Assembly: GCA_965206645.1 (NCBI GenBank)
Contig: CBDBKE010000004.1
Span: 448,001-512,000, forward strand
Direction of reading: 5' to 3'
From: Terriglobia bacterium
GTDB lineage: Bacteria > Acidobacteriota > Terriglobia > JAJPHL01 > JAPKYU01
DNA: 64,000 nt
Positions 21,422 to 31,307 of the stretch are shown here, piece by piece. Below the pieces are notes generated by a model. It did not search any database, was not told the DNA's origin, and saw only the letters and a list, made by a program, of their open reading frames with translations. The translations under genes and the position numbers were made by a program. How positions within the stretch are numbered: the first letter of the stretch is position 1; every line of letters starts with the position of its first letter.

Positions 21422-21660
21422 ATGGCGAGGCCACGGCTAGGCGAGTCGGAACGGCGGACACGCACGATCGGCGTGCGGGTGACGGAGGCCGAGGAGGCAG
21501 AGCTGCGGGAGCGAGCCCAAGCCGCGCGCCTCTCCATGGGAGCCTACCTGCGCCGCCGGGCGCTGGGTCAGCGGGTGCGGCGCGCGGTTGAGCGGCGGCT
21601 GGGAGCGGCGGAGATGCGGGAGTTGAACCGGATCGGGGTGAATCTGAATCAAATGGCGCT
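21422..21660 (+). pseudogene. mobC: MobC-type ribbon-helix-helix relaxosome accessory protein, 3'-truncated
   Basis: IGVRVTEAE..LSMGAYLR..ELNRIGVNLNQMA; abuts the 3' end of hsdR. Confidence 0.8.
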
Positions 21661-24600
21661 TGCTTCCCCCGCTGCCTTCACCATCAACCCCGACTGGACC
21701 GCCTTCAGTGTGTCGAAAATCCCTTCGATCACGTTTTTCTTTCCACCAAACAATGTCTCCGGCCCCCCGGCGTGCAGGTTGCTGAAGGGCGGTTCGTAGA
21801 GAGCCGATGCCTCCATAACGCCTCGGGCCGTGAGCTGGTCGATCACCATCTCGACGAAGCGGATCTGCGGTGGCGTGAGGCTCTGGTCGGAGAGGAAGCC
21901 GGAGAAGGCGCGCTGCGCCGCGGCGCGATCCATCCCCACCATGTTCCGAACGAAGTGGGCCAGCGATGGCGCCTCGCTACGGGCCAGGAGGCCCGTCAAC
22001 AACGTCTGGCCGTCGTCCTCGCCGATCTCCGCCAGGGTCCTCTCCAATCCCAGCAAATCGGTCGCGGTGAGCGGCTGGTTGGTTCGTAGACGGTGGATGA
22101 CGATGTGGTCGAGGTGGTTCTTCAGGTAGGCCTTGACCTTCTTCTCATACTGGACACCGGTCATCTTCGGCATGTGGACGACCTCTTCATCTCGCACGCC
22201 TATAACCTGATCCTGGAAGTCGGTGTAGACGATCTTCTGCTTCTTCTTGTCGAGGAAGGGCACCAGCCTGCGTAGGCGCAGCCGCAACGCTTCGAGACCG
22301 TGCAGGTCGACCCCCTCCCAGAAGCCGCTCTCCTGCATGGAAGCCAGGAATTCGAGCTGGGCCTTGACGGCGGGGATCGTCGTCTTCTCCTCCAGCAGCA
22401 TGGCGATTTCGACCATCCGCTGCCGGTGACTCTCGACGGCGCTCATGTTGCCCTCGGCCAGGGCTACCTGCATGCGAAGGGCTGTGAGATCGAACATCCG
22501 TGACTCGATCTCATCTGTCTCGACCTCGCTTGGCAGCCCGGCGACTTCACGCTGTAGCACCTCACGGTCCGCGTCGCTGAGCTGTTCCCATGTCGTGCGC
22601 TCCCGGAAGCGATCCACGGCCTCCAGGTGCATCCGGACGATAAAGTTCTCGCGGTTCATCGCCGCCACTTCCCCATGGAGTTCCGTGATCAGGGCGCCCG
22701 CGAGCGCCGTATCCGGGTCCAGGTCGGGCGTCGCCTGGACATGGGTCAGCAGTTGCACCCGGGAGCGGAAGAGGCGGGTGCCGAGCGGGACGATACCGCG
22801 TCCCTCGATGCCCTCTGGATTCTCGCGGAAGAAGTCGAAATTGAAGCAGAAGTCGAAGACGCGGAAGTCCTGCTTGTCGTCGCCGGGACCGAACAGTTCC
22901 GGACAGAGTCGCGTGCCGCGTCCGATCATCTGCCAGAACTTGATCTTCGAGTAGACCGGCTTGAAGAAGACCAGGTTCGCGACCTCGGGAATGTCGATGC
23001 CGGTGTCGAGCATGTCGACCGAGATGGCAATGTGCGGCGCGTTGTCCTTCTGTGAGAAGTGGTCGAGGAGACTCTGCGGATACGTCGCATAGTGGTCAAT
23101 GACGCGCGCGAAGTGTCCCTTGTGCTGCGGGTAGTGGTGATTGAATCGCTCCTCGATGAACTGCGCGTGCGTGTGGTTGCGGGCGAAGAGAATCGTCTTG
23201 GCTAGCCGGTCCCGCCCTTCGACTTTGTGGCCATGTTCCATCAGGTGCTGGAGCACCTTGTCCACCGTGTCCTTGTTGAAGAGCCAACTGTTGAGGGCGG
23301 TGGCGTTGACCTTGTTCGGCAGACTGCTCTCGTCCACGTCGTCGCCCCAGTCGAGGCTCTCCCACTGTTCCTTCTCCTCGTCGCTGAGCGAGTCGTAGTC
23401 GATGCCTTCGCGGGGAAACTGCAGGTCCACCTGCTGCACGCGCGGTGGCACGAGGAAGCCGTCCGCGACGGCGGTCTCCAGTTCGTAGGCGTCGGTCGGC
23501 ACGCCCGACTCCAGGTCGAAGAGTGCGTAGGTGTTTCTGTCTACCTGCTCCCCTGGTGTCGCAGTCAGACCGATCAGCAGCGAGTCGAAGTAGCGGAAGA
23601 TCGCCCCGTACTTCTGGTACACCGAGCGATGCGCTTCGTCGATGATCACGAGATCGAAATGCCCGACGCTGAAGCGCGCCTCGCTGCCCTTCGTCTCGTT
23701 AATCAGTCCCATCATCGTCGGATAGGTGCAGACATAGACTCGACCCGTCGTGTCCTTCTCGGCGACCAGGTTCACCGGGCTGGACTGGGGAAGGTGTGCT
23801 TTGAACGCACCAACGGCTTGGTTCACCAGCGACACCCGGTCGGTCAGGAACAACGCCCGCTTCACCCAGCCCGCCCGTTGCAGCAGGTCCACCAGGGCGA
23901 TCGCCGTGCGTGTCTTGCCGCTGCCGGTGGCCATCACCAGCAGCGCCTTGCGTCGCGTCTGCGCGAACTGCTCGCCGATGCTGCCAATGGCCCGCTTCTG
24001 GTAGTAGCGCTCGACGATGTCGTCCTTCACCTGCGACACATCGAGCGGGGAGCGCTGGGCTCGGCGAATGATCAGGGACGCGAGCTCGTCCTTCTTGTAG
24101 AACCCGGCGACCGGACGTGGCGGGTAGGCGAGGTCATCCCACAGGAAGGTCTCGTACCCGTTGGTGTAGAAGATGACCGGACGCTGGCCGTGCATCGTCT
24201 CCAGGCAGTCGGCGTAGAGCTTCGCCTGCTGCTGGCCCACTGCCGGGTCGACGGTGGTCTTCTTCGCCTCCACCACCGCCAGCGGCTTGCCGTCGTCTCC
24301 CCAGAGGACATAGTCGGCATAGCCGATGCCCGAATCGTTCGGCATGCCCGTCACTTCGTATTCACGGTCCTGTTCCCGGTCCAGATGCCATCCGGCGCGT
24401 TCCAGATCGAGATCGATGATGAGCGTGCGGGTCTTGTCCTCGTTCCAGTCGTGGGTCTCGGGGAAACCTTCGTTCTCCGCCTTGATGGCCGCGAGGCGTC
24501 CACGCACCGCTTCAAGTTCGCTCTCGATCTCCTTGCGGGCCTCCGCCGCCGCATCCCGCTGGGCCTTCAGAGCCTCCAGCTCCTGGACGCTGGCTGGGGT

Positions 24601-25053
24601 AATTGCCGGTTCCACGTTCGGGACGAGGGATTCGTCGAAGGTCTTGCCCTGCAGACTCTCCGCGCCCTTGCGCAGGTAGGTGCGGCCCGTCCAGTAGAGG
24701 ACGTGATACAGCTCTCGCAGGACGTCGAGCGCCTTCTCGGGCGCGGGCGTCTTGGTACCGTGAACCGCGACCTTGCCCGCCTGGCGGACGAACTCGGCTT
24801 TCTGCCAGATGACCTCGGGCACGAGTTCGCGGAAGGCAAGGTCGCTGATGTAGCCGTCCAGGTTCGTGACCTTCAGCGGCTTCAGCGCCTTCTCGACCTT
24901 GTAGACACGCTTGAGCAGACGCTCCAGTGCGTGCCGGGCATGGAAGCAGGACGCCCGTGGGTCGCCGAAGACATGCCGCTCCGCAAAACTCGCACTCTCC
25001 GCCGCGTGCGGGAACTCTTGTTTCAGGAACGCGAAGTTGGCCGAGATCTCCAT
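21649..25053 (-). CDS. hsdR: type I restriction enzyme R subunit (EcoEI/EcoKI-like)
   Basis: ADY..VEAK nuclease motif, MATGSGKT, DEAH, LTATP, QMIGRGTR. Confidence 0.95.
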   Translation of the reverse strand: MEISANFAFLKQEFPHAAESASFAERHVFGDPRASCFHARHALERLLKRVYKVEKALKPLKVTNLDGYISDLAFRELVPEVIWQKAEFVRQAGKVAVHGTKTPAPEKALDVLRELYHVLYWTGRTYLRKGAESLQGKTFDESLVPNVEPAITPASVQELEALKAQRDAAAEARKEIESELEAVRGRLAAIKAENEGFPETHDWNEDKTRTLIIDLDLERAGWHLDREQDREYEVTGMPNDSGIGYADYVLWGDDGKPLAVVEAKKTTVDPAVGQQQAKLYADCLETMHGQRPVIFYTNGYETFLWDDLAYPPRPVAGFYKKDELASLIIRRAQRSPLDVSQVKDDIVERYYQKRAIGSIGEQFAQTRRKALLVMATGSGKTRTAIALVDLLQRAGWVKRALFLTDRVSLVNQAVGAFKAHLPQSSPVNLVAEKDTTGRVYVCTYPTMMGLINETKGSEARFSVGHFDLVIIDEAHRSVYQKYGAIFRYFDSLLIGLTATPGEQVDRNTYALFDLESGVPTDAYELETAVADGFLVPPRVQQVDLQFPREGIDYDSLSDEEKEQWESLDWGDDVDESSLPNKVNATALNSWLFNKDTVDKVLQHLMEHGHKVEGRDRLAKTILFARNHTHAQFIEERFNHHYPQHKGHFARVIDHYATYPQSLLDHFSQKDNAPHIAISVDMLDTGIDIPEVANLVFFKPVYSKIKFWQMIGRGTRLCPELFGPGDDKQDFRVFDFCFNFDFFRENPEGIEGRGIVPLGTRLFRSRVQLLTHVQATPDLDPDTALAGALITELHGEVAAMNRENFIVRMHLEAVDRFRERTTWEQLSDADREVLQREVAGLPSEVETDEIESRMFDLTALRMQVALAEGNMSAVESHRQRMVEIAMLLEEKTTIPAVKAQLEFLASMQESGFWEGVDLHGLEALRLRLRRLVPFLDKKKQKIVYTDFQDQVIGVRDEEVVHMPKMTGVQYEKKVKAYLKNHLDHIVIHRLRTNQPLTATDLLGLERTLAEIGEDDGQTLLTGLLARSEAPSLAHFVRNMVGMDRAAAQRAFSGFLSDQSLTPPQIRFVEMVIDQLTARGVMEASALYEPPFSNLHAGGPETLFGGKKNVIEGIFDTLKAVQSGLMVKAAGEASAI

Positions 25054-25059
25054 CGAGGT

Positions 25060-26217
25060 TCAGAGGTCTCCTCGGAAGGCGCGGGCTTGCAGGGAGGTGA
25101 AGAAGGTGTCGAGTTCGGCCAGGTGGGCGTGCTGGCTGGCCTTCTGGCGTTCGACGGATTCGACGATGGCGGCGAAGCGATGTTGGAGGTTGAGGGGTGG
25201 ATTCGTTAGTCGGATGCTCTTCACATCATTGAAATTCAGGCCCGCCTTAACTCCCTCACGATTGAGCCGGTTGAATTGAGCTTGCCCACCTTTCGAGGCC
25301 AACTGATAGCTGACAAAGACCGGGTTCAGGCTCGTAAACCTTAGGATTGCAAGATGCTGGTTGATATGAGCCTTAGCAATGCCACCAGGGACGACCGCGG
25401 TTCTGCCTAAGTCGGCGGTGATGCTTAGCAGAACGTCTCCAGGCTCAACCGTTGTTCGCTTCGCCTCTGCGGATTCAGGTGCGTTGACGAAGGCGCTGTC
25501 ATCAAGATCAAGTTGTCCGCCCTTCAGATTCTGAATCCTAATGAACGTGTCGCCCTCCTTTGCATAGTACCTAGCCCACCCCCGTGAACCGCTGGTCAGA
25601 AAACTGATCTCGTCACCCACGCTGACGACTTCCCACCCCATGGGATTGGTGACGGGGTCGCCGAACATGTCGAGGAAGGTGGATTGGAGGAGGGTGTCGA
25701 GCTGGGCGAGGGCCTCGCGGCGCTTGGCCCGCAAGGCGTCCGCCGCATCCAGAATCCGCGCGATCCGCTTCTGCTCGGCGAGGGGCGGGAGGGGGATCTG
25801 GATCTTGAACACCTCGGCAGGTCTGGCCCTGAGCAGCGACCCGCCAACGCCCGAGACTGTCCGCATGAAAGCCGAGTGAAAAACATCTCCGACCAACTGC
25901 CACCGCAAGTATTTCGGCCAAATGCGCTCGTCTCTGAAAATGATCCATTCGCCCGATGCGATCTGACGATGTCCCTTGGCTGGCCCAACAACACACGCCC
26001 GACGGATGTGCGGAACGATGCGCGAGATCATCACGTCGTTCGGCTGGACAGCTTTCTTTGAAGAGCCAATTGCAGAGCCAGCAACTACTTCAGGAACACC
26101 GGCATCGAAAGCGGGGATGCTATAAAGCTCGAACACTCCGTCCTGGTGCTTCTTGGGATCTACAGAGCCACCTTTGCGAAGAGCAATGTCTCCCGTTGAG
26201 ATCATGTTCCACTTCAT
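25060..26217 (-). CDS. hsdS: type I RM specificity subunit
   Basis: Two TRDs with conserved IPLPPLAEQKRIA and PPLNLQHRFA helices. Confidence 0.95.
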   Translation of the reverse strand: MKWNMISTGDIALRKGGSVDPKKHQDGVFELYSIPAFDAGVPEVVAGSAIGSSKKAVQPNDVMISRIVPHIRRACVVGPAKGHRQIASGEWIIFRDERIWPKYLRWQLVGDVFHSAFMRTVSGVGGSLLRARPAEVFKIQIPLPPLAEQKRIARILDAADALRAKRREALAQLDTLLQSTFLDMFGDPVTNPMGWEVVSVGDEISFLTSGSRGWARYYAKEGDTFIRIQNLKGGQLDLDDSAFVNAPESAEAKRTTVEPGDVLLSITADLGRTAVVPGGIAKAHINQHLAILRFTSLNPVFVSYQLASKGGQAQFNRLNREGVKAGLNFNDVKSIRLTNPPLNLQHRFAAIVESVERQKASQHAHLAELDTFFTSLQARAFRGDL

Positions 26218-27698
26218 CCCAGCATCCCCTCCAACTCCTTACGTCCCTTCGCGATGTCCTCCTCCAACGCCGCTAGCCGCCCAAGGATCACCTTCGGTGG
26301 GTCGCACTCCACCGCCTGGTAACTGACCTCCTTGTAGCGGTTGATGGAAAGGTCGTAGTCGTTGCCCGCGATCTCGGCCTTGGGCACGAGGAAACTCTGG
26401 TCCGTCCGCGCCCGCTTGCGCTCCGCCTCGCGGTTCCGCCAGCGGGCGAGGATGTCGGCGAGGTCGCTGTTGTCGGGTTGCGGCGTGCGCTTGTCGTCCA
26501 GCGAGTAGCCGTCCGCCTGCATGTCGTAGAACCAGACGTCGTCCGTGCCGGCGGAGTTGGTCTTGGTGAAGAACAGGATGGCGGTGGAGACGCCGGCGTA
26601 GGGTTTGAAGACACCGGAGGGCATGGAGACGATGGCGTCGAGCTTCTGCTCCTCGACCAGAATCTTGCGCAGGGTCCTGTGCGCTTTGCTCGACCCGAAG
26701 AGCACGCCGTCGGGCACGATGCCGGCGGCGCGGCCGCCGGTCTGGAGCAGGCGCAGAAACAGGGCAAGGAACAGCAGCTCGGTCTTCTTGGTCTTGACGA
26801 CCTGCTGCAGGTCCTTGGCGGTGGACTCGTAGTCGAGACTGCCCGCAAACGGCGGATTGGCGAGGACCAAGGAGTACTTCTCCGCGTCATCATCGTCGGT
26901 CTGGGCCAGCGAGTCCTTGTAGCGGATGTCTGGGTTCTCCACGCCGTGCAGCAGCATGTTCATACTGCCGATGCGCAGCATGGTGTTGTCGAAGTCGTAG
27001 CCGTGGAACGTGTCCTCGTTGAAGTGGCGGCGCGCCGTAGCGTTCTTGTAGATGGTGTCGCTGTGGTGCTCCACTAGGTGCTCAGACGCGGCAACGAGGA
27101 AGCCCGCCGTGCCGCAGGCCGGGTCGCAGATCACGTCCTTGGGCGTCGGGGCGGTCATGATCACCATCAGACGGATGATGTGACGCGGCGTGCGGAACTG
27201 ACCGTTCTGTCCGGCGGTGGCAATCTTGCCGAGCATGTACTCGTAGAGGTCGCCCTTGGTGTCGCTGTCGGCCATATCAATGCCGTCGAGTTGGTCGACG
27301 ACGTTGGCCAGCACACGGGCCGTGGGCATCATGAAGAGGGCATCCTTCATATGGTGGCTGTACGTCGAGCCCCCCTCGCCATCCGCCTCCCCCTTCTGCC
27401 CGAGCGTCTTGATGAAGGAGAACACTCCGTCGCGGACCGTCTCAAACATCTGCTCCGGCGCGGCCTCTCTAAAGCGTGACCAGCGGAGTTTGTCCTGCTT
27501 GGCGGTGAAGATCGGATCCTCGATATGCTTGCCGGTGCGGGCGGCCTTGCGCTCCTTCAGGGTGTGTAGTTCGTCGAGCCGCTTGATGAAGAGCAGGTAG
27601 GTGAGCTGCTCGATGACCGAGAGCGGATTCGAGATGCCGCCAGACCACATCGTGTTCCAGATGCTGTCCACCTTGGATTTGAGTGCGCCGGTGATCAT
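26214..27698 (-). CDS. hsdM: type I RM methyltransferase subunit
   Basis: GQFRTP, DPACGTAGFL, ANPPF. Confidence 0.96.
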   Translation of the reverse strand: MITGALKSKVDSIWNTMWSGGISNPLSVIEQLTYLLFIKRLDELHTLKERKAARTGKHIEDPIFTAKQDKLRWSRFREAAPEQMFETVRDGVFSFIKTLGQKGEADGEGGSTYSHHMKDALFMMPTARVLANVVDQLDGIDMADSDTKGDLYEYMLGKIATAGQNGQFRTPRHIIRLMVIMTAPTPKDVICDPACGTAGFLVAASEHLVEHHSDTIYKNATARRHFNEDTFHGYDFDNTMLRIGSMNMLLHGVENPDIRYKDSLAQTDDDDAEKYSLVLANPPFAGSLDYESTAKDLQQVVKTKKTELLFLALFLRLLQTGGRAAGIVPDGVLFGSSKAHRTLRKILVEEQKLDAIVSMPSGVFKPYAGVSTAILFFTKTNSAGTDDVWFYDMQADGYSLDDKRTPQPDNSDLADILARWRNREAERKRARTDQSFLVPKAEIAGNDYDLSINRYKEVSYQAVECDPPKVILGRLAALEEDIAKGRKELEGMLG

Positions 27699-27808
27699 GA
27701 CCTCTCCTTCAATCCTGCCTGTTCAGTAGCCTACACCGCTAGCCAGCTAGATTCGGACTTCAGCAACGGGTTTTTGGTTAGCCATGATGCCCTCCTGTGA
27801 AGTTAAAT

Positions 27809-27849
27809 GTTAGGGAGCGATCCGGCATTATGGCCTGCCGGGGAGCGGC
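27809..27849 (+). repeat. 41-bp sequence, inverted copy of 3888-3928
   Basis: GTTAGGGAGCGATCCGGCATTATGGCCTGCCGGGGAGCGGC. Confidence 0.9.
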
Positions 27850-27882
27850 CACGCGGCGGTATCTGCCTACGGGCGGCTGGCC

Positions 27883-28263
27883 GTGGAGCTGCCTTGCCGC
27901 GAGAATGGCGAAGGCGGCGAGGCGGCGGTGTTCTTTGGCCTGGTAGCGTTCGGCGAGCTGGCCGAATCCCTGGCCCTGCACGTGAAGGGCGACATGATGG
28001 GCGCGTTCGGGCGCGTCAAGATCAACCGCTACACGAATCGGGAGGGCGAGGCGCGGGAGGAACTGCAAATCATGGCCGACGGCCTGGTATCGGCCCGCAC
28101 CGTCCGGCCCGGCGGCGGGCGCAAGAATAAGGCGGCGGCCACGGCCACGGCGGCGGCGCTGCCGTTCGAGGTTCCGGCCACAGAGCGGAAACCCAAAGCG
28201 GTGGCGGCCTCGCGGCCCGTCACCGACCAGGACCCGATCACCGATGACGATATCCCGTTCTGA
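27883..28263 (+). CDS. ssb: single-stranded DNA-binding protein, probably 5'-truncated
   Basis: VAFGELAE..KGD..GR OB-fold pattern and DDDIPF tail. Confidence 0.8.
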   Translation: MELPCRENGEGGEAAVFFGLVAFGELAESLALHVKGDMMGAFGRVKINRYTNREGEAREELQIMADGLVSARTVRPGGGRKNKAAATATAAALPFEVPATERKPKAVAASRPVTDQDPITDDDIPF

Positions 28264-28315
28264 ATCCTTGGGCGCGTGGACATGATCGCCTGCCGTAAGG
28301 AGAGAGAGAGGACCA

Positions 28316-28684
28316 ATGATTGAGGCCAACATCCACCCGGAGCCGATCCCCGCGCGCGTCATGCGGCAGGTCGCAAGCGGCACGCTCGATGAAGCGCGGC
28401 TATTGCCGGCGCCGGACAAGCGCGAACGCGACGTAAGAAAGAGCCTGGCGAGGCTGGCGGAACACAAGAGCTGGTATCAGTTCGCGGCGGGTCAAGCCTA
28501 CGTGATGCTCCACGGCAAAGCGGCGGGCCAGCGCAACGCGGGGATTACGCTTGTCCGCGAGGCGACACGCTGGCGCGCGGAAGTGAAGCGGTACGCGCCG
28601 GACGGGCTGGCAGGATTCGACGCGCTGATTCAGCACGCACTGAGCAACCCGGTGCCGTTGCCGCAACGGCAGGACAGGCCGTGA
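28316..28684 (+). CDS. hypothetical protein
   Basis: RBS GAGGA; overlaps the next start (GTGA). Confidence 0.6.
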   Translation: MIEANIHPEPIPARVMRQVASGTLDEARLLPAPDKRERDVRKSLARLAEHKSWYQFAAGQAYVMLHGKAAGQRNAGITLVREATRWRAEVKRYAPDGLAGFDALIQHALSNPVPLPQRQDRP

Positions 28685-29646
28685 TCGGCTGGCTGGAGCT
28701 GGAACGCGCGGCGCAACAAGCTGGGTGGAAGCGCACCGGGCGCACCTGGCGGGGCGGGCCGTGCCCGTCATGCGGCGGCGGCACGCGGGATACAGCGTGG
28801 GTTGCGCCTGGCCGTCGCTCCGCGTTTATCGGCGGCTGCAACGGGGGCTGCACCGGGCCCGACGTCGCGCGGGCCTTGGTGCCGGACAGCGGCCCGTCGC
28901 CTGTGGTGTGGCGAGGGCCACGCACGCGGAACGCACACGCGCCGCAAGAAACCCCGCCCACGCTGCCGGAGCGCGCCTGGCGGGCGACTGAGCCCGTTGA
29001 ACACACACCCGGCGCAACCTACCTCACGGCGCGGGGACTGGCGGGACCGTGGCCGGTGTCTGTGCGCTGGCTGCCGACTGAATCCGCGCGGCGCGTGGGC
29101 CTGCAACCGTCGCTGCCGGCGGGCGCGGCCGGGTGCTTGGTCTATCGGTTCGCTTCGCCGGGGGAAGCCGACACCTACGCGGCGCAACTGGAAGCGGTGA
29201 ACACGGCCGGCGCGCGTGTGCTGTTCGCCACGGCTGGCAAGCGGCCAAGCGTCCGGGGCTCCACCTTCGCCCACGGCGCGCGCGTGTTCCATGCTGGCGG
29301 CGACGCCGATCGCGGCGTGCAACTGTGCGAGGGGCCGCTTGACGCGCTGGCGCTCATGCACCTGGAGCAGCTCGGGGCGGTGGAGCTTGCCGGCGGCGCG
29401 GTGCATGGCGCGCCGGGCGTGTCCGGGTTTCAACTGGCGGCGTGTCCGGGCCGGGGGCCGGTGACGTTGTGGCCGGACGCGGACGGGGCCGGAATCCGCG
29501 CGGCGCTGCGGTTGCGCCTGGCGCTTGAGGCGGCGGGCCGACGTTGCGCTGTCCGGCTCGCCGGGGACCTGGGCGACGTAGCAGATTGGGCGGCGCACAC
29601 AAGGAGAAAAAAATGGAGCACAGAAGACACCCGCAAAGTGAATTGA
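28681..29646 (+). CDS. Zn-finger/TOPRIM primase-like protein
   Basis: CPSC..C...C, YLTARGL, CEGPLDAL, DADGAG, DVADW. Confidence 0.8.
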   Translation: MIGWLELERAAQQAGWKRTGRTWRGGPCPSCGGGTRDTAWVAPGRRSAFIGGCNGGCTGPDVARALVPDSGPSPVVWRGPRTRNAHAPQETPPTLPERAWRATEPVEHTPGATYLTARGLAGPWPVSVRWLPTESARRVGLQPSLPAGAAGCLVYRFASPGEADTYAAQLEAVNTAGARVLFATAGKRPSVRGSTFAHGARVFHAGGDADRGVQLCEGPLDALALMHLEQLGAVELAGGAVHGAPGVSGFQLAACPGRGPVTLWPDADGAGIRAALRLRLALEAAGRRCAVRLAGDLGDVADWAAHTRRKKWSTEDTRKVN

Positions 29647-30077
29647 AACCCAGCATGAGCACGCATGAATTCAGCGCGCTGGTCGAATCCATGAAGGCAC
29701 ACGGATTCGATGACAGCTTCCCGATTCTCTTATTCGAGAACCAAATCGTTGACGGGTGGCAACGCTACAAAGCGGCACTGAAGGCCGGCGTGACGCCTGC
29801 GTTTCGGGTGTGGCGCGGGGCAAAGGCGAAGCTGCAAGCGTTGGTCATCTACGCCAATTCCACGAGGCGGCATCTATCGAAGGCCACACACGCGGCCGTG
29901 CTGGTGAAGGCTCGCGCCGGCGGCCTAACAATCACCAACAAGGAAATCGCTATGGCAACAGGGGCCAGCATACCGACTGTCGGCGAGCAGGACCGACTTC
30001 GGCGCATTAACCCGAAGATCGCAGACGAGGTGGCAGACGGCAAGACCAAGGCGACGTGGGCTCGGAGGGAGGGGTGA
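29613..30077 (+). CDS. ParB-like N-terminal domain protein
   Basis: RBS AAGGAG; LVESMKAHG..PI..IVDGWQRYKA..N..RRHL. Confidence 0.75.
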   Translation: MEHRRHPQSELKPSMSTHEFSALVESMKAHGFDDSFPILLFENQIVDGWQRYKAALKAGVTPAFRVWRGAKAKLQALVIYANSTRRHLSKATHAAVLVKARAGGLTITNKEIAMATGASIPTVGEQDRLRRINPKIADEVADGKTKATWARREG

Positions 30078-31186
30078 TGGCGACACGCGAGGAAGTAGAG
30101 CGGACGTTGTGTGCATATGAGCCGGGGCCGGACGATCCGAGCCTGGCCGACATCATGCGGGGACCCCTTGACGCGGCGGGCGCACACGCGGCGGTTGAGC
30201 CCGAGCCCTGCCCGGCCATAAACGGAGACACCTGGATCGGGCCGTGGCCGGAACGCGAATGGCTGATACCCGGCTGGTTGCCAGTCGGCCGGCTGGGTAT
30301 GCTGTCGGGCCGCGGCGGGCGCGGCAAATCTCGCCTGGCGCTGCAACTGGCGGCTCGCATAGCGGCCGTGCCGGCGGCGCGCGGGGCATTAGTGCCGGAG
30401 GGGCGCGGGCAGGGGGACTGGGCGGCGGTGAGGAGTGCGAACTTAGAACTCGACGCCACGCACGCCGGGCCTGTGGTTTACGTGTCTTGGGAAGATGAAC
30501 GCGAGGAAGCGGGGCGGCGCATTGCTCAATTCGGCGCGGACGGGCTCGCGGTCCCCGACGCACTGGCCGGGCGGCTGCGGTATCTCGACCTTCGCGGCGA
30601 GGGGCCGCTGTGGGGGCCGTTCGGCGAGGGCCGGAGCCTGACCGCGGTGGGCGACCTGACGCCGGCCGGCCGGCGCGTGCGGGACACGTGCGAAGCGCTG
30701 GACGCGCGGTTGCTGATTCTGGATAGCCTGGCCGGGGCTTACGGCTCAGATGAGAACGTGCGGGCGCTTGTGAGGCTTTTCTGTGCGAGTTGGGACAGGT
30801 GGGCGACTGACAAGCGGTGTGCCGTGATGTTGATCGCCCACCCGCCAAAGACGGTTGCCGGCGCGGGTATTGGACAGGTTGACAGAGACTATGCCGGCTC
30901 AACCGACTGGCACGGCGCGGCGCGCTGGCGCTGGACGCTGGACCCGGCCGATACGGGCGAGGCCACGCCGGGCCTGAGCGGCGGCAGGGGACAACCGAAG
31001 CCGGTTGAGGCGCTGGCGCTCTCGCTGGCAAAGTCTTCCTATGGCCCTGGCGGCCGTCGCCTATTCCTGGAACCGTCGGCCAGCGGAACCGGATGGCTGG
31101 GCGTGTCAAGCGCGCGCGCGACACAACAGGCCGTCGCGGCACAACAGGCTATGGAAGGGGGAGACGACGATGCAATCCGGTGGTAA
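30077..31186 (+). CDS. AAA_25 / RSF1010 RepA-like replicative helicase
   Basis: REWLIPGWLP, Walker A GRGGRGKS, LLILDSL, IAHPPK, GSTDW. Confidence 0.85.
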   Translation: MATREEVERTLCAYEPGPDDPSLADIMRGPLDAAGAHAAVEPEPCPAINGDTWIGPWPEREWLIPGWLPVGRLGMLSGRGGRGKSRLALQLAARIAAVPAARGALVPEGRGQGDWAAVRSANLELDATHAGPVVYVSWEDEREEAGRRIAQFGADGLAVPDALAGRLRYLDLRGEGPLWGPFGEGRSLTAVGDLTPAGRRVRDTCEALDARLLILDSLAGAYGSDENVRALVRLFCASWDRWATDKRCAVMLIAHPPKTVAGAGIGQVDRDYAGSTDWHGAARWRWTLDPADTGEATPGLSGGRGQPKPVEALALSLAKSSYGPGGRRLFLEPSASGTGWLGVSSARATQQAVAAQQAMEGGDDDAIRW

Positions 31187-31307
31187 CACAGACCCGGCAG
31201 CCGTCAGCAACCACGCGGCGGCGGCGTGGGCCGAGGCCGATCCGCGCGAGGCCGTGATCGTGGCGGCGAGTGAAGACGGCCAAGCGGCGCTCATGCGCGC
31301 GGCCGAC

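Noticed and set aside
23227-25209. 660-aa plus-strand ORF and other long antisense ORFs (1808-2794, 11689-13071, 57236-58273)
   Set aside because: Shadow frames of real GC-rich genes; no motifs.
27809-27849. attC site (starts GTTAGGG)
   Set aside because: Not GTTRRRY, no complementary RYYYAAC arm, and no IntI in the window.
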